Assembly: GCA_951406725.2 (NCBI GenBank)
Contig: OX597837.1
Span: 45,446,001-45,510,000, forward strand
Reading direction: 5' to 3'
Source of the DNA: Octopus vulgaris
Lineage: Eukaryota
Length of the DNA stretch: 64,000 nucleotides
The notes below the pieces were generated by a model that searched no databases, was not told where the DNA came from, and saw nothing but the letters and a program-made list of their open reading frames with translations. The position numbers and the translations under genes are program-made. Below, one piece after another: positions 1-12,418 of this stretch. Position 1 is the first letter of the stretch. Each line of letters starts with the position of its first letter.

Positions 1-156
1 CTTAGACTAACGAAATTTTTACAATTTTGTTGAGCTCTGTGGTTTAGGTTCGGTTTGGGTTTGGTTCGGCTTTTCATTGGTTTTCCTTCGAAGAGATAAA
101 TCCCAAGTTATGGCTGACCTTATTTCCTAGTTCAAGTCAACATCAAACAACTGATG

Positions 157-176
157 TGACGTCAACAGACCACGTG
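157..176. promoter_or_regulatory. Adjacent CRE (TGACGTCA) and E-box (CACGTG) motifs
   Basis: TGACGTCA at 157-164 and CACGTG at 171-176 in non-repetitive DNA; motif match only. Confidence 0.2.
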
Positions 177-251
177 ATTATTCAGTTCATCGAGTTATTG
201 ACATTGATATTGTATGACAATCTAGTCAACATTTATAAGGATGTTTCTGAT

Positions 252-268
252 CACTCTCTCTCTCTTTA

Positions 269-300
<32 letters not shown>

Positions 301-465
301 CCTTGCTCTTTCTCTTTCTCTCCCTTTCTCTCCCCCTCTCTCTATCTTTCTCTCCCTTTCTCTCCTCCCTCTCTCTTTCTCTCCCTCCCCCTCTCTAGAT
401 TTATGCATATATATACATATATATATATATATGACTGTTTACATCTGCATGTAGTTACATATGTT

Positions 466-540
<75 letters not shown>

Positions 541-629
541 CATATATATATATTTATATATGTTTGTAGACATTTATATATATACATATATATGTGTATA
601 TACATATACATATATACATTTATATATAT

Positions 630-663
<34 letters not shown>

Positions 664-825
664 ATAATATATGATATATATATATAAACATATATAGTAC
701 CTATATAATGTTAAATATTTTTATATATAAATATGTACACACACATATATATATATATACATATATGTATGTATATAAATGTATATATGTATATATAATA
801 TAGTTACACACATCTGTACATATAT

Positions 826-858
<33 letters not shown>

Positions 859-960
859 GAGATGCATATATGTGTATGCATATAAAATATGATATGTGAA
901 ATGTGTACATTGCACGAAAACATATACTCATACACAAGTACATAAGTACGAGCGTACATA
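252..960. repeat. Compound (CT)n/(TA)n/(GACA)n microsatellite block
   Basis: Direct reading; source of the spurious SL/IY ORFs. Confidence 0.95.
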
Positions 961-1465
961 CGTACGTACGTATATCTATATGTATATGTACGTACGTATT
1001 ACGTACATCTCGTCAATGTCTCCTAAAATACAGTATCCTAAATATCTATTTCACTGATTTTCCTGACCTCTGTTCCGATAATGTATTTCTAATCGATATC
1101 TATAACATCCCTCTGGTGATTGATATTCAGTTTTTCTGTGTTGGAGAACAGATCAAAAGAACGGTCAAGTCACACGAGTTGTCGGTGAGCAGTCAAAACG
1201 AAACCTTCCATAGTTTTTCTTAAATTAACAAATAAGGCTGGATCGCGTTATTTCGGAACGCAAGAGGGGAAACCATGAAGAAGGGGAAACAAAAAAAAAA
1301 GACAGGAAAGCAAACGAGGTAGACAATATATGGGTGTTGGGATCTTCGTTACCAGATCGATAGTGGGGAGGGCTTTCCTTCGGAATGGTGGGCATTATGA
1401 GAACATTTTAAGGTGCACTTGTGGTCAAGTTTTGAACTGATGCATATTAGCGGGTCTTTCGTTCT

Positions 1466-1561
1466 CTTCTTCTTCTTCTTCTTCTTCTTCTTCTTCTTCT
1501 TCTTCTTCTTCTTCTTCTTCTTCTTCTTCTTCTTCTTCTTCTTCTTCTTCTTCTTCTTCTT
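1466..1561 (+). repeat. (TTC)n microsatellite
   Basis: Pure TTC tract; source of the poly-F ORF. Confidence 0.97.
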
Positions 1562-1882
1562 GGCCTTCTCCTTCTTGCTCTTCTCATTTTTCTATCTTCA
1601 TCTTGATCTCTTCTGCCCTCTTTCTCCCCTGCTTCCTTTGCCTTATTCTCTTATTCTCTCCTTCGTCCTCTTCTATGTCTTATTCTTCTTTGAATTGGTC
1701 TTCTTCGTCGTCGTTTTCTCTTCTTCATCCGCTTCCTCTCCTGCTTTTCCTTCTCTTTTCTGCTCCTCCGTCTCCTTTTTATTTGTCGTCTGACAGACAG
1801 AAAATAAGTAAATGTCCTTTGTATTTAAAAACCATTTCATTTAATTTTTCCACAATTCAATTGTTTTTTTTATGCTTTACTC

Positions 1883-1920
1883 TAAGTTGAAAAAGTCGCA
1901 AAGACTGAAACCGGTTCTTA
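1883..1920 (+). ncRNA. Degenerate minimal type-I hammerhead ribozyme
   Basis: taag-TTGAAAA-agtc(gcaaa)gact-GAAAC-CG-GTT-ctta: helix I and II perfectly paired, palindromic ACCGGT helix III, two core substitutions relative to CTGAAGA. Confidence 0.6.
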
Positions 1921-1975
1921 TTTTCCTTATACATATCAACTCGTGTGCTCTTTTCCAACCTTCTACATATATCTA

Positions 1976-2150
<175 letters not shown>

Positions 2151-2267
2151 ACACACAATTATGTATCTAAATATCCATAGACATTCGGCTAATAAATTAT
2201 ATATACAAACGGACGCATTACATACATTTCCGCCCTTTGCGTTGAGGGTTAATTTAATTATTTAGAT

Positions 2268-2304
<37 letters not shown>

Positions 2305-2790
2305 CAGACAGATAGTTAGATAGAGAGAGAGGAGGGCCAGAGTGAGAGAGATTGACTATGGAAGCAAAGCCATGGAAAAGGCAAAGAGGTTCGGTTGTGG
2401 TAATTTTAATTTGATACTGACTGTCCAGTCATTAAGCATTAAGCAGATTTCACTTGTATTTAGTCCTTTTCTCACCTTTTGATTCCCCATGCTTCACTGT
2501 CTGTCCGCTGACAATTCTCATTTTTTGTAATTGCCGTTAATTTATAATCACAACATACGTTCGTCCATCCACATGAACTGACCCGCACACACACGCACAC
2601 AAATTGATATATATATATATATATACATCCTGTAATACCACGTATTGAGGTTTACACGATATAGGCAATTCCATTGTTACGCAAGCTCATTGATACGCAC
2701 AGACACTCATATTATGGTCTGTATATATTTTTGATTCAATGACTCATGGTTATATATGTATGTAAGATTATATGTACATACAGACTGTGA

Positions 2791-2948
2791 TAGGCGCAGG
2801 CGTGGTTTGCTTCCCAGCCACGTAGTTCGGGGTTCAGTCCCGCTTCGTGGCACCTGGACAAGTGTCTTCTGCTATAGCTTCGGGCCGAGCAAAGCCTTGC
2901 GAGTGGGTAGACGGAAACTGAAAGAAGTTCGTCGCATATAAGTATGTT

Positions 2949-2978
<30 letters not shown>
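2791..2978 (+). mobile_element. tRNA-derived SINE family B, 5' half
   Basis: ggcgcaggcgtgg...gggttcagtccc...cctggacaagtgtcttc...agacggaaactgaaagaag; matches the copies at 35.5, 38.7, 41.6, 51.5, 55.0 and 61.9 kb. Confidence 0.85.
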
Positions 2979-2979
<1 letters not shown>

Positions 2980-3035
2980 TTTGTTATTTATTCTTTATTT
3001 CTTTATCTTCTTTTTTTTTTGTTTCAGCCATTAAA

Positions 3036-3461
3036 ACTCTGCACTATCACACATGGCTCTGGTAACACAGGAATGGATGGCTGAAAATTTTCATGATCAC
3101 ATAACCCTTTAACATTTGGTCTCCTAATTCCCCAGATCTCAGTCCAGTGGACTATTACACATGGAGCGTTGTTGAGAGAGAGAGGTCAATGAACACACCC
3201 ACTTCACCAAAGATTCTTTGAAAGCCACCATAGAGTAATGTCCAAAATGAACCAGGATCACTTGATTTGAGCATGTAGATGATTTAGATCTCATATAGAA
3301 GCAGTTGGTGAAGCTGAAAGTGGTTTTATTGAATAACATTATAGAAAAGAAGGTTTATTTTGCTCTCATACCGTTTTTTGATAAATAAAGTTATTATCTG
3401 TTATTATATACGTTTTTTCTTTATAAACATAAATCTGTCCTCAAATATCTTACGCACCCTA
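3036..3461 (+). mobile_element. Decayed Tc1/mariner (maT, DD37D-type) transposase 3' part and terminal repeat
   Basis: Frameshifted translation (N/D)SALSHMALVTQEWMAENFHDHIT-NIWSPNSPDLSPVDYYTWSVVER...FRSHIEAVGEAESGFIE*; 37 residues between the positions of the last two catalytic D (first one now N); ends in ...atcttacgcaccctaTA. Confidence 0.85.
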
Positions 3462-3553
3462 TATATCCGTACTTGTATACCACATATATTTACCCATTCA
3501 TAGACACAAACACACACATACACACAGACTCACACACACACACACACACATGC

Positions 3554-3612
<59 letters not shown>

Positions 3613-3616
<4 letters not shown>

Positions 3617-3690
3617 GAGCCACCTATATTTACTGCAATTTTTGTAGCTTTATTAAAGATGTCATCGTACGAAACAATTGTACCGATATA
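3613..3690 (+). ncRNA. Hammerhead 3' half (CUGANGA core replaced by TA tract)
   Basis: gtacga...tcgtac helix II followed by GAAAC-AATT-GTA (palindrome ACAATTGT). Confidence 0.4.
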
Positions 3691-3714
3691 TTGATCCATT
3701 CTTGTTGCTTTTTT

Positions 3715-3749
<35 letters not shown>

Positions 3750-3753
<4 letters not shown>

Positions 3754-3868
3754 GGAAAGTTTACGAAAATAAACAAAAGACGAAGGCAGGTGGTGTACAA
3801 AACAAGCAGATGTATTAGTATAGCGCTCAGGAATAGAAAAAGTATTTTACGTTTCGAGCCTACGCTCT
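3750..3868 (-). mobile_element. Truncated copy of the HHR mini-element family at 23955 and 56397
   Basis: Reverse complement agagcgtaggctcgaaacgtaaaat...ttcctgagcgc...acctgccttcgtcttttgtttattt; abuts (TA)n. Confidence 0.75.
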
Positions 3869-4324
3869 GACGATACCAAAAGCCGCTCCGAAAAAGGTGG
3901 AAAGATGAATACAATGGCAGTGCTCCGGCATGGCCACGGTCATTGGACTGAAACATATAAAATAATATATATATATATATTGATGCTATCTATTTGTTCT
4001 GATGAAATGTAAAGTTCTATAGAAATGTCCGATTGTTTTTTATATATTTTGTTCTATTCAGATCTCAAATATATTTGTTTCTTTATTAAATTGGTTTATT
4101 ATTGGTGTATTCCATTTTAATTGATTCGTATTAGATTTTTCGATTCCTTATTCTCTTATCCTTGTATACTTTTATAGGTTGATGGTTTTAATCCTAGCAC
4201 AAGAAGGCTTCTCTTATTCTGTCTCAGTTCTTCACGGAGACGGAAAGAATGCTAGACTAACTAAAAATGTGTTATTACAGAAATAGGAGAAAGACAAGTA
4301 AAAAACGAACTATTTTATGAAAAG

Positions 4325-4427
4325 TCACCTGAAGAGACGCATTTGTAGCTATAATGCAAGAGAATTGATTGTACAGCATCTCACTTGTAAAGTATGGGTG
4401 CATGATGAGTCGAAACGATCGTAGTGG
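4325..4427 (+). ncRNA. Type-I hammerhead ribozyme, intact core, large loop-2 insertion
   Basis: tcac-CTGAAGA(4329-35)-gac...~70 nt...gtc-GAAAC(4412-16)-GATC-GTA-gtgg; palindromic ACGATCGT helix III. Confidence 0.65.
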
Positions 4428-4629
4428 ATCTGACTAAAGAATCTTGTGAATTCCATTTTCTGTCTTTCATCTTTTTGTATATTTATGTGTGCGTGTGTGT
4501 GTACAGAGAAAGAGTGTGTGTATATGTGTATAAACGTGTTTATCCAATTAAAACATCTGCAAGTTATATTTGTTGAGATAATATTAAGAAATGTGTGTAT
4601 ATAAAGACTGTTACAAGCTCTGTCTATCG

Positions 4630-4697
<68 letters not shown>

Positions 4698-4747
4698 GAG
4701 AGAGAGAGAGAGAGAGAAGCTCTGTCTATCGATTTCACTTTATATGT

Positions 4748-4801
<54 letters not shown>

Positions 4802-4906
4802 TAAACTCACACACAACAATGTGTTATGCCGTCCCTTCAACATCTGCGGCCTGTGTGCATCCAATCACGATTGCAGGTTGAGTAATTCTAACATCTACAA
4901 ACTATT

Positions 4907-4937
<31 letters not shown>

Positions 4938-5239
4938 TTCTCTCTCCCTTCCACCCTCTCTTCCCCACCACCCTCTCTTCCCCACCACCCTCTCTTCCCC
5001 ACCACCCTCTCTCCCTCCACCCCTTCCATCTCTTTCTATCTTGATATCCCACTGTGTGTGTATGTATATATAAATATCCAAGCACTACCAACATGGAACA
5101 TGAACGTTAAATGATGACAAGGGTGATGATATATATATATACATATATGTATATGTGCGTCTATGCATGTATATATGTATGTATTTATGTCTATGTCTAC
5201 ATATATAATCTATTATATCTATATATATATATAGAGATA

Positions 5240-5665
5240 CACATACACACAAACATACATACATGCATACAATCATGTATGTATGCATGCATATATGTAC
5301 ATATGTAGGTATACATAAATGTATGTATGCATGTATGTATGAGTGTGTATGTATGTATGTATTATGTACATATGTATGCATGTATGTATGCATGTATGTA
5401 TGTATTATGTATGTATGTATGCATTTATATATATATGTATTATGTATGTATGTATGTATGTATGCATGTGTGCATGTATATATGTATGTAATTATGTATG
5501 TATGTATGTATGCATGCATGCATGTATATATGTACGTATGTATGTATGTATGTATGTATGCTTGTACGTATGTATGTATGTTTGTATGTATGTATGTATG
5601 TATGTATTCATGTATGCATGTATTGATGTATGCATGCATGTATGTATGTATGTATGTATGTATGT
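5240..5665 (+). repeat. (TATG)n microsatellite
   Basis: Direct reading; source of MYVC/HTYI ORFs. Confidence 0.95.
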
Positions 5666-6137
5666 GCAGACCTGCATCAGGCTGCATTATCTATTACGTC
5701 AGTCTGTGTTCCAGAAGACATCTCAAAGCTGTCTTTCCGAAGAATATATCTCTCAGCCTTCCACAGAGTTTCCCCACGCAAGTCGATAGCTGCAGACTGC
5801 GTCTATCGCATAACAACCGACATACACTGATAGTAACATATCAATTCCATCAACATTCTCAAACTGTGTCTTTCCAATCAACGCAACACCTCTTCTCTAT
5901 CATTTTCAGTCGACATCTCTGCAACGTGTTTATCTTCCCAGCCAACATCTCTATACAGCAGCCATCAAGCCTGCCTACATCTTCTGCACGCTGTCTGTCG
6001 AAGCAGTCAACATTTATAGAGCGTATCAGTCGGTCCAGTCAGCTATAAATCATGTCTATCCATCCCGTAAACATTAACACACTCCACTCTGCCTGTATAT
6101 CTGCTCAGCATCTATACATTGAAGAAGCGTGGACTGG

Positions 6138-6300
6138 GTGAAGGTGCGTGGTTTGGGTGCTAAACACACGATCACGAGGTCGTGGTTTCGATTCTCGGAC
6201 CGGGGCGGTACGTTGTGTTCTTGAGCAAAACATGTCATTTCATGTTACTCCAGTTCACGCGGCTGAGATGGAGATCCCAGGATGGGTTGCATCAGTAATC
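6138..6300 (+). mobile_element. Diverged tRNA-derived SINE family E; related copies near 10105, 10390, 52178 and 60727
   Basis: gaaggtgcgtgg...ggtttcgattc (B box)...ttgtgttcttgagcaaaac. Confidence 0.65.
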
Positions 6301-6559
6301 ACCATCCACAAAAGGATTCGCACGAAAGGGGCCACGGAAATAATTAAGCGTCGCCTAGGAATCCTGTGGGAGCTAGCAGATGAGTTCGAGTGTATTGGCC
6401 ATGGTTTGTCTGCGAACTAAACTCTTTTTCCTTCTTTCTTTTTTTCTTTTTTGTTCTTCGTGTATACTTGGAAAAGGATGCGTGGCTTTCAATCATATAA
6501 TAATATAAATAATATATAAACATATGCATATATACATACATGTATGTACATACCTACAT

Positions 6560-6830
6560 CTATACGTATATATACATGGACATATGGGTACAGGACACCC
6601 CAAAAAAATGTAGAACACAACGAGAAATGAAAACATAAAAACAAAACCATGGAAACGGACAATTTTTTAAACAACGAAAAAACAGAGTACAGGACATACA
6701 ACACAAGGAATTCCTTGTGTTGTATGTTTTGTACTCTGTGTTTGTCTTGTACTCTCTGTATGTCTTGTACATTGTGTTCAACGGTTTTTGATGCCCTGTA
6801 CCCATATATGCATGTATATATACATATAGA
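6560..6830. mobile_element. Fold-back element in TA tract with central 58-bp palindrome
   Basis: Outer inverted ends atgggtacagg...cctgtacccat; inner near-perfect palindrome 6682-6739 centred on GAATTC. Confidence 0.7.
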
Positions 6831-6877
6831 TTTAAGTATGTACATATATATATGTATATAAGCATATGTTTCTATAT

Positions 6878-6936
<59 letters not shown>

Positions 6937-6938
<2 letters not shown>

Positions 6939-7080
6939 GGAGTATAAATGTGAAACAAGGTAGTACTCAAATACCAGTGGTAGAGTAATATGCTTTATTT
7001 AAAGCGAGAAAATTACCTGTTACTCTGAGTTTCACGTGAAACTCAGAGAACAGGTTTGTTATTTTCTTGCTTTAAATAAG
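6937..7080 (-). mobile_element. Fold-back HHR mini-element, same family as 29846-30073, internally shortened
   Basis: Palindrome cctgttactctgagtttc-acgt-gaaactcagagaacagg centred at 7033-38; tail ccggagtataaatgtgaaacaagg...gtactcaaataccagtggtagagtaata matches 30005-30073; flanked by (TA)n. Confidence 0.8.
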
Positions 7081-7659
7081 ATATATATATATATATATAT
7101 ATATATAGTTGCTGAATTCGTTGACAATTCACTTGTTATGTACAAATATATAAATATCAAAAACAGCTTAGATTCGATCTCCGGATCACTGAGTTATGGA
7201 ACCAGCATGCCACCGAGGTGACACTCTGCTCTCCGGGTGACTAAGCTAAAGTTTAACGTATTATCCATCTGCTCTGGGTTACATTATTTCTATTACATCA
7301 TCCATCATGTGCTTTTTATTTATTATTTATTTATTATTTATTTATTTCTCAACACTAGAGTGTTGCAAATACGAAATATAGTAAGAAAATACGAAATACA
7401 GTAACAACACAATACATACTGCACTGCTGACATGTTAATTTACTTACTAAAAGGTGACATTTCACTCTGTCAATATTCCGAGAGTCACATTTGACAAACC
7501 ACATGTATAAATCTATTCGTTGTGAACTTTTCTGGGTGTCTCTTTTGCCATTTTCAGATAAGTCAGAAGCAAATCAATTCTACAAATGTCTCCCCAGCGC
7601 AGCAGCAAAGCAAACGAACTTACAAGGCGATATATTAAGTTGTTGTTTAAGATATTAGT

Positions 7660-8297
7660 TTTAAATTTTGACACAAGGCCAGCAATTTCGGTGTGAGAGG
7701 GGTAAATCGATTATATCGACCCGGGTGTTCGACTGGTACTTATTTTATTGACCCCGAAAGAATGAAAAGTGAAGTCGATCCCCGGCGGTATTTGAACTCA
7801 ACGTAAAATCGGAAGAAATGCCATTAAGCATTTTGTCCGATACAATAGCGATTCTTATTTCTTTATTGCCCACAAAGGGCTAAACATAGAGGGGACAAAC
7901 AAAGGGATTAAGTCGACTACATCGACCCCAGTACGTAACTGGTACTTAATTTATCGACCTCGGCGGAATTTGAACTCAGAACGTAACGGCAGACGAAATA
8001 CCGCTAAGCATTTCGCCCGGCATGCTAACGTTTCTTTTTTCTTTTACTACCCACAAGGGGCTACACAGAGAGGAGACAAACAAGGACAGACAAACGGATT
8101 AAGTCAATTACATCTACCCCAGTGCGTAACTGGTATTTATTTAATCGATCCCGAAAGGATGAAAGGCAAAGTCGACCTCGGCGGAATTTGAACTCAGAAC
8201 GTAACGGCAGACGAACTACCGCTAAGCATTTCGCCCGGCGTGCTAACGGTTCTGCCAGCTCGCTGCCTTCAATAACGATTCTGCCAGTTTCCCACCT
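7660..8297 (-). mobile_element. Three nested/tandem copies of tRNA-derived SINE family A
   Basis: Repeated gacctcggcggaatttgaactcagaacgtaacggcagacg; 13-bp TSD-like caata(g/a)cgattct at 7843-7855 and 8270-8282. Confidence 0.9.
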
Positions 8298-8430
8298 TTT
8301 TTTAAGCAGAAATTACAAGCGCTTTTTCTTTCATGGCCCATGTGTTATGCGTTTGTCATGGTGATTTCACCTGAGTACTAACACATTATAACACTATAAA
8401 AGCTTACAAACTTTCCAGAGATCGTGAAAT

Positions 8431-8657
8431 AATTTGTTTTGGAACCGGATTTCGAAGCATATATAGCTTTAAATAACAACATGTAAATATTAGGTTGAAA
8501 ATTCCTTTTTCATAAGAAAAAAATCGAAGGCTAACAGTGGGACTCAAATTCAGGTCTCCAGCAGACTTTTTCAATCAACAAAAGGTTATTGAACCCCAAT
8601 ATTCACACACTATAATTTACAGCTTTATACGCTTCCAGATACAATTCCAAACTAATT
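8431..8657. mobile_element. Old MITE-like element with ~80-bp degenerate inverted ends
   Basis: aatttgttttggaaccggatttcgaagcatatatagctttaaat...aatattaggtt pairs with aaccccaatatt...atttacagctttatacgcttccagatacaattccaaactaatt. Confidence 0.55.
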
Positions 8658-9135
8658 ATAACATTGTAATACAAAATTAATTGTATCTATAATTCAAACG
8701 CCAATCTTCTTCACATGCAGTTTCACTTTAAACATCGCCCCCACAGGAATGCATTAAAGGTGCAATTATCTGCAGGATAACAACTACCCCGGGTGTAGTG
8801 CAGTAATTAAGGAACACCATTGATCGATCGATTGATACACTTATTGGACAAAGAAGAGGCAGGATCAATTCGTAATCCGTTTATTAAGCCATTTCTCTCG
8901 AGTGGATTATTTTACAAGTGGTCATTTAAATAACCGAGATCGATATGTATATATGATCGATCAGAAAGGATTTGGTGGAATATTGAAGCCTGACTTAACT
9001 GCAACATAAAACGTAGTGTTTCGATATTGCAGACGTCGTCGGCAGAGTTTTCACCGTAACATTATCTGAGAGAGAATATTACTTCTTTGTTCACTGATAC
9101 GTAGAGCTGGAGAATTACAGCCGACATCGCAATGT

Positions 9136-9264
<129 letters not shown>

Positions 9265-9638
9265 TATATACATACGTACTTGCATATACATCCATATATA
9301 TATACACGCATATACATGTACATATATATATACGTATATAATTACATATACATATCTATGTATACATATATACATATATACATATATATATATATATAAA
9401 TATATATATGCATATATTTATATATACATATATATATATGTATGTATATATATATATACACTTATTTGCATATATGTATACGTACTTAATTGCATACATG
9501 TGTACATATAATGCATACACACACACACACACACACATATATATGTCTATCTATCTATTCAACAATATATGTCTACGAGTGCGATATATATATATATATA
9601 TCAATATTTATATATATGAATACATATACGTGTATCTA

Positions 9639-9684
<46 letters not shown>

Positions 9685-9716
9685 TGTATATATATGAATA
9701 CATATACAGGTATCTA

Positions 9717-9768
<52 letters not shown>

Positions 9769-9803
9769 TATTTATATATATGAATACATATACGTGTATC
9801 TAT

Positions 9804-9863
<60 letters not shown>

Positions 9864-10534
9864 CGCGAATCTTAGCAATATCAATATTATGAGCGGCAAT
9901 CGAAAAAATGGAAAGCTTACTTAAATCATTCTCATTCGATGCTGCATAAAACAGACAAATCTATTAAAGAGACCTCCTGACCGTGTAATGAAACCGGTCA
10001 CTTCTCTAACACGGCCATAAATTGATTTCGTCTGTGTTGTACATATATGTGTGTGCGTATCTATGTGTGTGTGTGTGCGTGTAAATAGATACACATAAAA
10101 ACCTGTGAAGGTGTATGGACTAGTGATTAGTAAACCGCACTCATGGTTGCCTTATCGTAGTATCGATCCCTGTATTGGGCGGTGTGTTGTGTTCTGGAGC
10201 AAGAAACTTCGTTTCCTGCAGTTCCAATTCCCTCACCTGTGAATGAGTAACTGTGTAATGATCTGGCATTCTGTTCAGGTGGAATGTTGTGGTTTCGGTC
10301 CCTTCTGCGCCATGGAAACCTAGTGAATGGCCTTATGAGTCCTAAGACCCTAAACTGAACTTACTTTCATATCTATATGTCTGTGGGGTTGAGAATGCAC
10401 TTGGATCATTTGTTAGGATATTTTTGGCTCACGATCGAAACTTCGTGAATTTAATTGTTGGAGGTGCATTGCGCTCTTGAGCAAGACTCTTTATTTCATG
10501 TTGTTTCAGTCCACTCAGCTGGCAAATGTGAGTA

Positions 10535-10699
10535 CCGTAAATCCTCGAGTATAGTCCGCCCTTGAGTATAATACGCAGGGGATTTTTAGGGGGTTGTACC
10601 TCTGAAAAACCTAAATCTTGTGTATAATACGCACCCCTTCTCTAACTTGAGTCAAGGAGGTCTATATAACATCCTAGGTTTGTAAAAATATATACGGTA
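10535..10699 (+). mobile_element. Tc2/pogo-like non-autonomous element end
   Basis: TA|CCGTAAATCCTCGAGTATAGTCCGC start, subterminal gtataatacgca repeats, TACGG|TA at 10693-10699. Confidence 0.55.
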
Positions 10700-10939
10700 A
10701 CATCCTTTATATATATCATAATGCAAACGTGTAGCTTTTTTGTGCAATTTGTTTGCAGAAAATAAAGAAATAACAGTAATAATGTTTAATAAATGTTGCT
10801 TACTGCAAGTTATGGATGATTCTATTATGACTTCATTGCTTTCAGGCTTAGCTTAAGGTATTTTCGTGCCCAACATCACAAAATGCATCTGAATAAACAT
10901 TGCTGGACAGCAAATAGAGACTCGGTCATTACTTAGAAA

Positions 10940-11020
10940 TCATTTAATACGTACGTTTCAAGTCTGCACAATACATATAATAGGAAATGCATCCATTACA
11001 ATAAACATTCCTCAGTGAAA
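10940..11020 (-). ncRNA. Hammerhead ribozyme, minus-strand member of an inverted pair
   Basis: Reverse complement CTGAGGA-atgt...actt-GAAAC-GTAC-GTA-ttaaatga; helix II partly mismatched. Confidence 0.55.
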
Positions 11021-11044
11021 GTATTTCAGATTATTTTGAAATGA

Positions 11045-11123
11045 TTCAACTGAGGAAGGTGTTACGTAATGGATGCATTTCCTATTATATACTGCACAGA
11101 CCTGAAACGTACGTATTAAATGA
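11045..11123 (+). ncRNA. Hammerhead ribozyme, plus-strand member of an inverted pair
   Basis: ttcaa-CTGAGGA(11050-56)-aggt...acct-GAAAC(11104-08)-GTAC-GTA-ttaaa. Confidence 0.7.
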
Positions 11124-11170
11124 CTTCAAAATATCACTATTTGGTTCCACTTCGTTATTACTACACAAAC

Positions 11171-11690
11171 AATTCCGCCGAGGTAGACTTTGCTTTTGAT
11201 CCTTTCGGGATCAATTAAATAAGTACCAGTTACGCACTGAGGTCGATGTAATCGACTTGATCCCTTGCCCCAAATCTGAGGCCTTGTACCTATAGTAGAA
11301 ATAATTATTACTACACAAACGCGGAGCACTGGCAGAACCGTTAGCACGCCAAGTGAAATGCTTTGCTGCTATGTTCTGAGTTCAAATTCCGCAGTGGTCG
11401 ACGTTGCCTTTCATCCTTTCGGGGTCGATTAAATAAGTACCAGTTACGCACTGGGGTCGATGTAATCGACTTAATCCGTTTGTCTGTCCTTGTTTGTTCT
11501 CTCTGTGTTTAACCCCTTGTAGGTAGTAAAGAAATAGAAATAGGTATTTCGTTTGTCGCTAGGTACTGAGTTCAAATTCCTCCGAGGACGACTTTGCTTT
11601 TCATCCTTTCGGTATCGAAATAAGTACCAGTCGAGTACTGGGGTCGATGTAACCGACTAGCTTCGCTCTCCCAAAATTTCAGGCTTTTTA
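11171..11690 (+). mobile_element. Three serial copies of SINE family A
   Basis: gagttcaaattccgc...gcctttcatcctttcggggtcgat...aagtaccag; 16-bp TSD ttattactacacaaac at 11155-11170 and 11305-11320. Confidence 0.9.
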
Positions 11691-11703
11691 CTACACACAC
11701 ACA

Positions 11704-11749
<46 letters not shown>

Positions 11750-12363
11750 CAAACACACACACACATGTATATATATATATATATATATATACTCTCTTTT
11801 ACTCGTTCCAGTTATGCGGCTGTGGTCATACTGGAGCAAATACATATAATTACTTCTTCTAAACTGCTAAGACAATATCTTCATGTGCAAAATACATCAA
11901 ACCGTTTACTCAACAATTACTGTTCTTTCCCGTGTAAGTGTTTATTGTTGTTCTTCTTGCTGCCGTTGTTATTGTCGTGGTTGTAGTAGTAGCAGTAGCG
12001 GTTGTAGTTTTGTAGGTTACTGTACCTACTCTTATTATGTATACTACACTGTGCGTACCGAAATATGTAAACTAAGTGGGACACTACATTGTAATTGAAA
12101 TATAAATATAAATAATTTATTATAATGATAAAATATGATCAATTTAGACGTAATTTGAAATATATTCAAAATGTGATGTGGAAAATAAATTTACAAAAAT
12201 TACATTACAAAATTCGTGAGATTTTTCAGTACGCTTTGATAGTAGCACTTTCTCTCTCTCTCTCTCTCCCTCCCTCTCTTTCTCTTCCTCTCTCTCCCTC
12301 CCGCTTTCTCTATTTCTTTCTCTCTTTCTTTCTCTCCCCTCTCTCTTTGTGTTTCTCTCTCGT

Positions 12364-12418
<55 letters not shown>

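Noticed and set aside
3995-4035. CTGATGA...GAAATGTC
   Set aside because: Helices I and II do not pair
6377-6424. CAGATGA-gttcg...cgaac-TAAAC
   Set aside because: Possibly an HHR relic, but both core halves are mutated and there is no cleavage triplet or helix I
9975-10005. GAAAC-CG-GTC motif
   Set aside because: No convincing CUGANGA core or helix I/II
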